Shown here: one piece after another, positions 46,341-54,835 of the stretch
Layout of the letters: every line of letters begins with the position of its first letter
Numbering within the stretch: position 1 is the stretch's first letter
From: a virus
DNA: 64,000 bases
IMG/VR virus record: IMGVR_UViG_3300035698_011322
Span: 1-64,000 of that record
Reading direction: 5' to 3' (one strand)
Notes under the pieces: model-generated
What the model was told of the DNA's origin: nothing
Databases searched by the model: none
Seen by the model: the letters and a program-made list of their open reading frames with translations, nothing else
Position numbers and translations under genes: made by a program

Positions 46341-47039
46341 ATGGAAAAGTTAACTAATTACCCAAAAACATATTGCCCCTTTATAAGAAAAACATTTGAT
46401 GTTAATAAAGATCAATGGAAAAAATATGGTCGAAAACTTCAACTACGTGAGCCTAATGTTTATCTTGCAGTGAATGAGATTAATCCTGGTTATGAATGGG
46501 TTCTTGATGATCCTGATACGTTTGCAGTTGAAAAACTTGATGGTACAAATGTTAAACTCAAAACAGAAAATGGTAGATTAATTGCTCTTCAAAATAGATT
46601 GAATATCATTGATCCACTTCAAATAGTAAAAGGTAAGGCATTTATTCTCGAAGGCGTTTTTCAAGCAATTGGGAAGGGTTATGTTGAGAAAGATGGGGAA
46701 CAATCAGGCGAAGTTATTGGAACAAAACTTCAAGGCAATCCATATGAACTCAATAATACACATCTATGGTATCCTTTTGAAAAGTCTATAAAGCATTTAA
46801 AATACAAGTCTTTTTTTAATCATGATAGAACTTTTGATAATTGGAGTTCATGGTTCAAAGATTACTTATTTTCCCTCTTTGCAATGAAAAGAGGTAACAA
46901 GGATATTATGGCAGAAGGTGTAATATTTTATAATCTAAAAAGAAAAGCCGAAGGTAAAATATATAGAGCAAAACTTAGAAGAGACATGTTTGAATGGTAT
47001 TATAGTGATAAGATTGATATTTACAATTATCATGGGTAA
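46341..47039 (+). CDS. Second RNA ligase-like nucleotidyltransferase
   Basis: VEKLDGTN, GEVIG, QGNPY, EGVIF, AKLRRDMF. Confidence 0.82.
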   Translation: MEKLTNYPKTYCPFIRKTFDVNKDQWKKYGRKLQLREPNVYLAVNEINPGYEWVLDDPDTFAVEKLDGTNVKLKTENGRLIALQNRLNIIDPLQIVKGKAFILEGVFQAIGKGYVEKDGEQSGEVIGTKLQGNPYELNNTHLWYPFEKSIKHLKYKSFFNHDRTFDNWSSWFKDYLFSLFAMKRGNKDIMAEGVIFYNLKRKAEGKIYRAKLRRDMFEWYYSDKIDIYNYHG

Positions 47040-47059
47040 TGATATTATAAAATAAATGA

Positions 47060-47148
47060 TGCGGGTTAGAGTAGCCAGGTCAACTCACTAGTCTCATAAG
47101 CTAGAGCTCTTAACGAGCACGGGGGTTCGAGTCCCCCACCCGCTACCA
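47060..47148 (+). tRNA. tRNA-Met(CAT) with 1:72 mismatch and long variable arm
   Basis: Loop CT-CAT-AA, TTCGA, CCA. Confidence 0.82.
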
Positions 47149-47381
47149 AAAAAGATAAACGAGTTTGACTCATGTTTATAGTGTTCTAGACACCATTTAA
47201 AAATAGTTGGTTTGTGCTCAAAGAATATCAATTATGGCATATTCATTGTAGTATACTGAGTGAAAGCCTCAGGACTCGTTTGTTGATAAAAAAGTAGTGA
47301 GAATGTATAATAAAGATTACGTTGTGAACACGAACGTTATGTGGTAAAACATGGTTTTGTATAGGTCCTGGAGTGCCCTAA

Positions 47382-47458
47382 GCCCTTGTAGCTGAACTGG
47401 ATCAGCACGAAACTTCTAATTTCGTTCTATGTGGGTTCGAATCCCATCAAGGGTTCCA
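47382..47458 (+). tRNA. tRNA-Arg(TCT)
   Basis: Cloverleaf, CCA. Confidence 0.9.
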
Positions 47459-47466
47459 AAAAATAC

Positions 47467-47544
47467 GGTCTGTTGGAAGTAGGTGGTGAACTTCGTGAGA
47501 CTGTCAATCTCAAGTAGCGGGTTCGATTCCCGTACAGACCGCCA
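47467..47544 (+). tRNA. tRNA-Asp(GTC)
   Basis: Cloverleaf, G73, CCA. Confidence 0.9.
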
Positions 47545-47720
47545 AAGAAATGGTATCATAAGTTAATACCATAGAAGAAGATTATAAGTTAAAATCTATT
47601 CCAGAATGGTGTCCTTTAGAAAATGCAGAAGAGTATCATTTACATGGACGTATAGATCATCCATTTTAATAGAATGAGGAAGGCGCCGTCAACAGTGACA
47701 AACAATATAAATTAATCTTA

Positions 47721-47806
47721 GGAAGAAATCCGGTTGGATGAGGACGCAGTCTTGAAAACTGTTGGGTGTAAAAGCTTTGGGGGTTCGAATCCCTCTTCTT
47801 CCGCCA
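47721..47806 (+). tRNA. tRNA-Ser(TGA)
   Basis: Long variable arm, G73, CCA. Confidence 0.9.
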
Positions 47807-47853
47807 TTAAAGAGTTTTGATGATTTTTATACATTTTGAACTAAATTATTATT

Positions 47854-47919
47854 GCGGCCTGAGCTAGTGTGGTCATATCGTTCGGTTTAAACCCGGAAGA
47901 ATTCAGAGAGGTCGCGCCA
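47854..47919 (+). pseudogene. tRNA pseudogene lacking T-arm (loop TT-TAA-AC; possibly ex-Phe)
   Basis: Acceptor GCGGCCT/AGGTCGC, D-arm, CCA. Confidence 0.55.
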
Positions 47920-48105
47920 AAATTAAAGGAGTATGATAGTGAGTAAAACAATAATAATGGCAGAAGAATTTGGTATTTATTGGTCTAAAGATGATCTAAA
48001 GAACCTAAGAGAACTGTTATACATAGGTTTGGGTGGTAATATTGGCGATGAAAGAATAAATTATATAGGAATCGCGGTTATAGACAGAATAGAGGAGAGA
48101 TTAAA

Positions 48106-48537
48106 ATGAACTTAATACCACTTGAAAAATGTGTAAAGGGCAGAGTATATAAACTCGATTGCCGTAATTTTAATTATGGTGTGTATAATGGTAAATATGG
48201 CTTCATTGGTATTCGCCGCAAGTTCAATGATAGATTTCTATTTACTGAATATCACAAAGATATAGATCCCCACTATGGTACTGTTATAAGAATGGAAGAC
48301 ATGGGTATCGATGTTCCGGATGATATAGAACTAAAAGAAGACGAGCCAACCATTGATAGAAATACTGGCAGACACGTGTGGTTCGATAAACCAGTTGTTG
48401 ATGGTGGTCGAGGCTGGGTATACAAAGATACTGATGAAAATAGTTATGATATAAAACCAGTCTCTCATGTGAATAGAAAATTGTTTAAATTCTTGGATGA
48501 TATGTGGGAGGATTTTAATTATACAGAAGTAGAGTAA
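48106..48537 (+). CDS. Hypothetical protein
   Basis: GAGGAG RBS; 143 aa. Confidence 0.75.
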   Translation: MNLIPLEKCVKGRVYKLDCRNFNYGVYNGKYGFIGIRRKFNDRFLFTEYHKDIDPHYGTVIRMEDMGIDVPDDIELKEDEPTIDRNTGRHVWFDKPVVDGGRGWVYKDTDENSYDIKPVSHVNRKLFKFLDDMWEDFNYTEVE

Positions 48538-48542
48538 TATAA

Positions 48543-48627
48543 GCACCCAGCCCTTAATCTGAGAGGGACTCAGGCAAGTCTCCAAAGCTTGTGGCATAAA
48601 GGCGTTCAACTCGTCCTGGGTGTGCCA
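48543..48627 (+). tRNA. tRNA-Trp(CCA), atypical D-region
   Basis: CAAGT-CTCCAAA-GCTTG, CCA. Confidence 0.72.
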
Positions 48628-48637
48628 AAATAAATAT

Positions 48638-48713
48638 GGGGGCGTAGCCAAATCGGGAAGGCACTTGGTTTGCAACCAAGAGATTGAGGGATCGTTCCCC
48701 TCCGCCTCCACCA
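48638..48713 (+). tRNA. tRNA-Ala(TGC)
   Basis: G3:U70 pair, CCA. Confidence 0.9.
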
Positions 48714-48790
48714 AATGATTTAATAGATAAAAAAACATCAATACTTTATGGTTGGAAAAGAGGTAGATCAAAAGGTAATTTTAATCCTAT

Positions 48791-48869
48791 ACCCTAGTAT
48801 ACCCTCTGGCTACGAACCAGTTGAAAGGTTAACGAACACATGTGGGTTTGAATCCCATCTAGGGTTCCA
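48791..48869 (+). tRNA. tRNA-Arg(ACG)-like lacking a D-arm
   Basis: ACCCTAG/CTAGGGT acceptor, CTGG-CTACGAA-CCAG, T-arm, CCA. Confidence 0.65.
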
Positions 48870-48873
48870 CTAA

Positions 48874-48950
48874 GGGCTGTGTTATCAGATGGTTTTCTGG
48901 TGACTGGTTGCAATCCAGTTTTTGAGGTTCAATTCCTCCGCGGCCCTCCA
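48874..48950 (+). tRNA. tRNA-Cys(GCA)
   Basis: U73, CCA. Confidence 0.82.
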
Positions 48951-49003
48951 ACTTTAAAAAAAAGTAGTTTACAATAAATATGATTTGAGATATAATAGTT
49001 AAA

Positions 49004-49232
49004 TATGACATAGATAGTTCCTATAAAAATATTAATAAATAAGAAATACTATCCGTCATATAATTAGTTATCAAGTGACATAAATGGTTCCTCTATAAAA
49101 ACTGGAACCGGATGCTGGCGAGCCTTTGGTTCGTACCAGACCGGTTATTAAATTACCATTCGTCATTTAAAATATTGGGCAAATGAAAGTTCCTATAAAA
49201 CACACTTGATATGTATAATTACTTTCCGCCCA
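49004..49232 (+). ncRNA. Three structurally conserved hairpin RNAs (Y-RNA-like candidates)
   Basis: Units 49004-60, 49075-166, 49176-232 with covarying stems and shared GTTCCT(CT)ATAAAA; promoter at 48967. Confidence 0.7.
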
Positions 49233-49254
49233 TAACAAATTAAAAGGAGTGAAA

Positions 49255-51159
49255 ATGAAACGATCATTGTTAAGATTATTTAAAGCTGTTGAGATCGAAT
49301 CCACACCTAAACATAAAGATGCCGAAGTTAGCCGTTATATCAATGGTATAACATTAAAGAGTGGTTTCGTTTTCTCTCCAGAGATTCATTATAATTGTCC
49401 TCAAAGCAAAATGATAGAGATGGCCAATGTAATAACTAATGAATTGGGTATCACTTCAGAACAAATGAATAATGCTTTCCATAAGTCATGGGATAAGGTT
49501 GCCAATGCTGATCTGTTATTGCTTCAATTAGAACAAGCAATTCATTATGCAACAACCTATGGTTATGAATCAATCGGTATATTCAAGAACAGTACTGTAT
49601 TCATTCCAGATGAACAATTGGATGTACCTGGTTTAGAAAATGGTATTAAGTTAACTGTTATCAAAGGTATGACAAAGTATGATATGAGAGTTGCCTTGAT
49701 GGACTTGCTTGATACGGGCATTGCATTGAAAGAAGATACAGTTGTTGATTGTGTTGTATTGGGTAAATATCTTGAACTGTCAAATGATGAAATCAATAGT
49801 ATCAATAATAAAGAAGTAAAGACTGCTCTTTTTGATGAACTAGGTGGTGTTCCAAAGAATCCAATTGAGTTCCTGAGATATGTTGTTTATAGAGTTACTG
49901 GTAAAACATTATTGATCAAAAATCAAGCACTTATTGCTCAAATCAAAGAAGGTAATTTGGATAGAGCACTTGATCCATTTAAAATGTATGATATTGGATA
50001 TGGTATGAATCATTTGTCAGGAATCTTCAATAGATTCAAACCATTGTTCTTGGCTTTCAAGGCTCATAGGGAATTGAAGCCTGTTATAAACAAGTTGAGT
50101 AAACTTTCTAAGAAATATCATGAACCAATGAAGAGTGATTATTTAAATGATATTACAGCTATGATTAAGAATAGTATACACATTGATGTTCGTACTCTTC
50201 GAGACAAACTTAACAAAGCAAACGCTTTCAGAAAAATCAGATTGGCTTATGCTTTAAACTATAGAACCAATGATGTTAGTTCAATCCTTTATAGAGTCAG
50301 AAATGGCAAGGGGTTTTCAACTGAATTTTCGTTTGATAATAAGAGAGTTGCCAAGAGAGCACTGAACATTGTATTGGATTCGATTGCCAAAGATCTTAAA
50401 AGAAATGTGGAAGGCAAGAAAATATATGTTCCATCTAATATTAGATATGCTCTGCCTGCAACTGAGAAACAATTTACAGGCAACTTCCCAACTGGCACAA
50501 GTGTAGTGGTTGATAGTGATATGATCTTTGGTATTCATTGGAATGATATTGGTGGATATAGAATTGATTTGGATCTATCATTAATTGATGTAACTGGATA
50601 TAAATATGGCTGGGATAGCAATTATCGTAATGAAGATAAGAGTATTTTGTTTTCTGGTGATATGACTTCCGCTCCTGGGCCAATGGGTGCAACGGAGTTG
50701 TTCTATGTTAGAAATAATGTTGTTGGATCAAACATCTTGTCAGTTAATTATTACAACTATATGGATGATGTTCCTGTTCCATTCAAGATCATTGTTGGTA
50801 AAGATAAAACAGATAAGTTCAGAAATAACTATGTACTCGATCCTAATAATGTAGTAATGACGTCTTCATCAAAAATGAATGTTAAACAAAAGGTATTGGG
50901 TCTACTGAACACTACTAAAGATGAATGTAGATTTTACTTCACAGAGGTTGATATGGGTAACTCTATAACATCATCTTCTACGTATGATTATGTTACTCAT
51001 GCTAGAAAGTATATGTTCGACTTCTATAAAAACAACATAGACCTTGATGTGATGCTACTAATGGCGGGTGCTGAGTTTGTAGAAAATGTAGAAGATTGTG
51101 ACATTGATCTTTCACCTGAGAATATTAAAAAGGATGATATAATTAATATGTTAGTGTAA
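49255..51159 (+). CDS. Large protein with helical N-terminus and TerD-like C-terminal domain
   Basis: ALPATEKQF.G..P.G, GIHW...DLDLS, FSGDMTSAP..GATE. Confidence 0.65.
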   Translation: MKRSLLRLFKAVEIESTPKHKDAEVSRYINGITLKSGFVFSPEIHYNCPQSKMIEMANVITNELGITSEQMNNAFHKSWDKVANADLLLLQLEQAIHYATTYGYESIGIFKNSTVFIPDEQLDVPGLENGIKLTVIKGMTKYDMRVALMDLLDTGIALKEDTVVDCVVLGKYLELSNDEINSINNKEVKTALFDELGGVPKNPIEFLRYVVYRVTGKTLLIKNQALIAQIKEGNLDRALDPFKMYDIGYGMNHLSGIFNRFKPLFLAFKAHRELKPVINKLSKLSKKYHEPMKSDYLNDITAMIKNSIHIDVRTLRDKLNKANAFRKIRLAYALNYRTNDVSSILYRVRNGKGFSTEFSFDNKRVAKRALNIVLDSIAKDLKRNVEGKKIYVPSNIRYALPATEKQFTGNFPTGTSVVVDSDMIFGIHWNDIGGYRIDLDLSLIDVTGYKYGWDSNYRNEDKSILFSGDMTSAPGPMGATELFYVRNNVVGSNILSVNYYNYMDDVPVPFKIIVGKDKTDKFRNNYVLDPNNVVMTSSSKMNVKQKVLGLLNTTKDECRFYFTEVDMGNSITSSSTYDYVTHARKYMFDFYKNNIDLDVMLLMAGAEFVENVEDCDIDLSPENIKKDDIINMLV

Positions 51160-51168
51160 GGGAATCAA

Positions 51169-51252
51169 GCCACCATAGAGGAAATGGTCTACTCAACAGG
51201 TTTAGGCCCTGTGCCTTCGGGCGTCTCGGTTCGAATCCGAGTGGTGGTACCA
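51169..51252 (+). tRNA. tRNA-Leu(TAG)
   Basis: Variable arm, CCA. Confidence 0.88.
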
Positions 51253-51264
51253 GTTAATAATTAA

Positions 51265-51351
51265 GCGGTTGTAGACTAATTGATAAGTCACCAGTCTTCC
51301 AAGCTGGCGTCAGAAATGACATTGTGAGTTTGAATCTCACCAGCCGCTCCA
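51265..51351 (+). tRNA. tRNA-Gly(TCC) with long variable arm
   Basis: GCG/CGC-T-CCA; extra GTCA-GAAA-TGAC arm. Confidence 0.82.
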
Positions 51352-51368
51352 ATAAAGGATTGGTGATT

Positions 51369-51533
51369 ATGATGGACACAATAAAAGATAGAGCTAAAGA
51401 ATTATTGAGACTAAGTAGAATAGAACTGAAAAGAAGATCAGAGTTACTTAAACTAAAGAATATAGAAGGGGCTGGTAAAATAAAACTAGCTGTTATGATC
51501 GCTGTGAAAGAATATATTGATGATCCAGACTAG
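51369..51533 (+). CDS. Small hypothetical protein
   Basis: AAGGA RBS. Confidence 0.5.
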   Translation: MMDTIKDRAKELLRLSRIELKRRSELLKLKNIEGAGKIKLAVMIAVKEYIDDPD

Positions 51534-51592
51534 TTTACATTTTATATACTATCTGATATACTATATACAAGTTAAAGAATTGTGTATTTATA

Positions 51593-51773
51593 GGGAGAGA
51601 GTTGAGATTGGGGATGATAAACTCAACAGAGATATGGGCAAATCCGGATAAGCCCCATATAGCATAAAGGTTAATTGCGAGAAAGAACTGTTCAATTCGA
51701 ATATCGCGACATCCTGTAAAAAGTTATGCTTGTCTCAATAGAGGCAAGTATAACAACAATATGTAACTCTCCC
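51593..51773 (+). ncRNA. Candidate ~180-nt multibranch ncRNA, family unknown
   Basis: Closing stem GGGAGAG/CTCTCCC plus four internal helices; promoter at 51533. Confidence 0.65.
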
Positions 51774-51791
51774 GCTATAAGTACATAATTT

Positions 51792-51869
51792 GCCGGAGTG
51801 GTGTAAATGGTAGCCACGCGAGGTTTAAGCCTTCGTGCCTGAGATGGTGTAGGGGGGTTTCCGGTATCA
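51792..51869 (+). pseudogene. tRNA-Leu(TAA) with disrupted T-arm
   Basis: Intact D and anticodon arms; T-loop missing; ends TCA. Confidence 0.65.
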
Positions 51870-51874
51870 TATAT

Positions 51875-51949
51875 CGCGGAGAGGATGCTGGTTTCCAACT
51901 AGGGCTCATATCCCTGGTCGCGTCGGTTCGATTCCGATCTCCGCTCCCA
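51875..51949 (+). tRNA. Initiator-type tRNA-Met(CAT)
   Basis: C1 mismatch, GGG/CCC anticodon stem, CCA. Confidence 0.8.
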
Positions 51950-51956
51950 AAAATAA

Positions 51957-52033
51957 TGGGGTATCGTCCAATTGGCAGGACAGCGGACTTTGAATCCGCT
52001 AATGATCTGGTTCGAATCCATCTACCCCAGCCA
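51957..52033 (+). tRNA. tRNA-Gln(TTG)
   Basis: Cloverleaf, CCA. Confidence 0.9.
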
Positions 52034-52044
52034 TAATACAGCAT

Positions 52045-52130
52045 GCCCGCATAGACGAAATGTGGCATAGTCACTAGTTTCAAACACTAGGCCCTCGGGC
52101 GTGTAGGTTCGACCCCTACTGCGGGTACCA
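52045..52130 (+). tRNA. tRNA-Leu(CAA)
   Basis: Variable arm, CCA. Confidence 0.88.
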
Positions 52131-52144
52131 GAAAGGAAAAACAA

Positions 52145-52375
52145 ATGAAACTATGTATAGATTGTAGATATTATGATAGTGTTAAAGGTATATCTTTATT
52201 CTTTAAAACAAAGGCATGCATACATCCAAAGAATATTGAAATAAATCCAGTCACTGGTGATATAGAGTATGGATCCACACCAAGTCATTTAAGAAAATTT
52301 GTTGATGCTTATTGTGATAAAGATGCTTATTGTGATAAAGATGGTAAGTGGTTTAAGAAAAGAGTGAAGAAATAA
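52145..52375 (+). CDS. Small Cys-rich phage protein
   Basis: CIDCRYY...C; DAYCDK duplicated. Confidence 0.7.
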   Translation: MKLCIDCRYYDSVKGISLFFKTKACIHPKNIEINPVTGDIEYGSTPSHLRKFVDAYCDKDAYCDKDGKWFKKRVKK

Positions 52376-52378
52376 TAT

Positions 52379-52453
52379 AGTCTAGTAGCTCAATGGTAGA
52401 GCATTCAACTTATAATTGAAAAACGTAAGGTTCGATTCCTTTCTAGACTACCA
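52379..52453 (+). tRNA. tRNA-Ile(TAT)
   Basis: TTCAA-CTTATAA-TTGAA, CCA. Confidence 0.85.
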
Positions 52454-52545
52454 AATAATTTTTATAGTTCAAAGTACTACAATGTTGCTCAAAAAAGAAT
52501 TAGAGAGTATGTAAAGACACAGAATAGCAAAGGGGAATTTTTCAA

Positions 52546-52728
52546 ATGAAAATATTACAAAAAGTTTTAATATTGGTTGGTCTTAGTGGGTTTCTATTAA
52601 GTGTTCTAGTTGCCATATTATTACCATCAGCCATTTCTCTCGCAGTGATTATATGGTTTTGTTCATCTTGTATTATGGCAATAATAGGTCTTGTATGGTA
52701 TTATAGAAATCCAATTAAAATGTATTAG
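52546..52728 (+). CDS. Two-TM membrane protein
   Basis: Hydrophobic 60 aa. Confidence 0.6.
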   Translation: MKILQKVLILVGLSGFLLSVLVAILLPSAISLAVIIWFCSSCIMAIIGLVWYYRNPIKMY

Positions 52729-52746
52729 GAGGAGGGGGGGGGGTTT

Positions 52747-52956
52747 ATGACAGATATGAAATTTAAGCATTATATTTTATCACCGGATTTAGACGAAGCA
52801 GCATATATGGGTAACATAGGCTTTGAAGAACTTGTAAGCTACTATAAAAAAGCATCTAAAAAAGAAATTAAAATTATAGAAGATATAATTAAAAAAGAAG
52901 ATTGGGAAGAATTTAAGAATCAAATCTTTAAGGTATTGGGTAAAAAACTAAAATAA
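52747..52956 (+). CDS. Small protein with capsid-targeting-like N-terminus
   Basis: MKFKHYIL...LDEAAY.GNIGF.E. Confidence 0.7.
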   Translation: MTDMKFKHYILSPDLDEAAYMGNIGFEELVSYYKKASKKEIKIIEDIIKKEDWEEFKNQIFKVLGKKLK

Positions 52957-53217
52957 GATAATTCACAACTAAACACTAAATCGGCATAGGATTTTCATTC
53001 TATGCTGATTTTTTTGTTTACATTTTTTACATAATTTAGTATAATATATGTAATGTTCTACACAATAAATTAAATTATGTAATTTATTTCATAGTAATTA
53101 ATATTTTATAATGCTTTGTTTTCATATGTTTTGAAGTATTTTTTAAAATATTGGGATATTGGCATAATTATTGTATATAACATGTAGTAAAATAATAATA
53201 AAAAGGAGAATGAGAAA

Positions 53218-53940
53218 ATGAGAAAAATTTTAATGAGTTTAACGATTTTAATGTTAGGAATGTTTTTAGTAGTTGGGAATGTGTCAGCGTTAGCAATTAA
53301 TTCCGATTCAACAATGTCTACAGAAGGTGTGATATATAATGAATCAAATGCTGAGACATTGGTTTTGAATGATGTTGATCAAGCTGATATGCATGCTTAT
53401 TTTATATTAGAGCTAGCAGGTTGGTCTGGTCAAAATGTATTTGGGATTTATGGTATTTCAGAAGATGGTAATGGTAATGCTCTTGCACCTAGTTCAAATC
53501 AAATGCTTTCTTTATTTGATGGCGTGGAGGGTACATATTCAGTTAGTATTAAATTTGATCTAGTTAATGATCAAGCATGGAGAGTGGATAATCCAACAGA
53601 TGTTAAAGATATAGGAATGGAATTTGGTTTGTATCTTGATTCATCAGCTACAATAAGTAATCTATCAGGTATTTTCTTTTCACAGAATGATCTTAATATT
53701 AATTCACATGACTATTTTTGGATCTATGATGTGTCTAATGGTATTTCAACAGAGATCGGTGGATATGAGACTGTTGTAGCAATGGAAGATCAATTGTTTG
53801 GTGGTGGGGATAATGATCATAATGACTTGGTTGTTGGTATTACTGATGCGTCGCCAGTACCCGAGCCAGCAACAATGCTACTATTAGGAACAGGATTGCT
53901 TGGATTTGTATCTATAGGTAGAAGAAAATTTAAAAAATAA
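53218..53940 (+). CDS. PEP-CTERM-sorted surface protein (DUF4114-like)
   Basis: Signal peptide; EDQ.FGGGDNDHND; VPEPATMLLLGTGLLG...RRKFKK. Confidence 0.92.
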   Translation: MRKILMSLTILMLGMFLVVGNVSALAINSDSTMSTEGVIYNESNAETLVLNDVDQADMHAYFILELAGWSGQNVFGIYGISEDGNGNALAPSSNQMLSLFDGVEGTYSVSIKFDLVNDQAWRVDNPTDVKDIGMEFGLYLDSSATISNLSGIFFSQNDLNINSHDYFWIYDVSNGISTEIGGYETVVAMEDQLFGGGDNDHNDLVVGITDASPVPEPATMLLLGTGLLGFVSIGRRKFKK

Positions 53941-54054
53941 TATAAATAAAATATAATAGAATATTTAATCGATATAGGCATTACGCCTATATCGATTTTT
54001 TTTGTTTACATTTTGTATTATGTATAGTATAATATAATATAAAGGAGAAATAAA

Positions 54055-54822
54055 ATGAATGATGAAAATATGGATAGTATTGGTGAGCCATTTGATTTTA
54101 AAAAGTACTTAGACTCGAAATATCCTTTACTGGAAGTGTTTAGAGAAAAAACACCAGGAACACATAAGCATTCACAAAATGTTGCTTTGCTGTGTGAGGC
54201 TGTTGCATTAGGTCTTGATTTGAATGTTGATGAAATGAAGGTAATTGGGTTGTATCATGATATTGGTAAAATGAACTTCCCAGAAAATTTCTCAGAAAAT
54301 CAGAATGGAACTAATGTGCATGATGGTTATGATTCTTTTGTATCATATCATCTAATAACAAGACATATTGGTGATTCGGCTGTTATTTTATTGAATAAAA
54401 CAAATTTACCTAGAGATACTATTTCAAAAATAACAGAGCATCATGGCAATACTGTTCTTCAATATTTTTATGAAAAATCTGAATCAAGTACAGAAGAATC
54501 ATATAGATATAAATGTTCATCACCAAGTACCATTGAGTCAACTGTTTTAATGCTCTGTGATTCTATTGATGCTACCGCTAGAGCACTTTCTGCTGCGGGT
54601 AAATTGGGTTCAATAGAAGATAGAAAGGCTGTTGTTAGTAGTACTATAAATAGATTGATGGATGATGATCAACTTGATGGAATGACGGTTGGTTCTATTA
54701 AAGTTATAAGAAGAGTTCTGTTACGAGAGTTAGAAACGATTTATCATAAACGTGAAGTATATGGTAACGAAAAAAAAGAAGTTAAAAATGATGATTCTGT
54801 AAGGATAGAAGATAAGGAGTAA
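54055..54822 (+). CDS. Stand-alone HD domain of the PgpH/7TM-HD type
   Basis: PGT..HS, YHDIGK, F.ENQ, EHHG, YFY, YRY, MLCDS.DA..RAL. Confidence 0.85.
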   Translation: MNDENMDSIGEPFDFKKYLDSKYPLLEVFREKTPGTHKHSQNVALLCEAVALGLDLNVDEMKVIGLYHDIGKMNFPENFSENQNGTNVHDGYDSFVSYHLITRHIGDSAVILLNKTNLPRDTISKITEHHGNTVLQYFYEKSESSTEESYRYKCSSPSTIESTVLMLCDSIDATARALSAAGKLGSIEDRKAVVSSTINRLMDDDQLDGMTVGSIKVIRRVLLRELETIYHKREVYGNEKKEVKNDDSVRIEDKE

Positions 54823-54835
54823 AGGGGGGTGTGTT

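Noticed and set aside
47250-47275. Hammerhead ribozyme core
   Set aside because: CTGAGTGAAA does not fit CUGANGA...GAAA with the required three stems.
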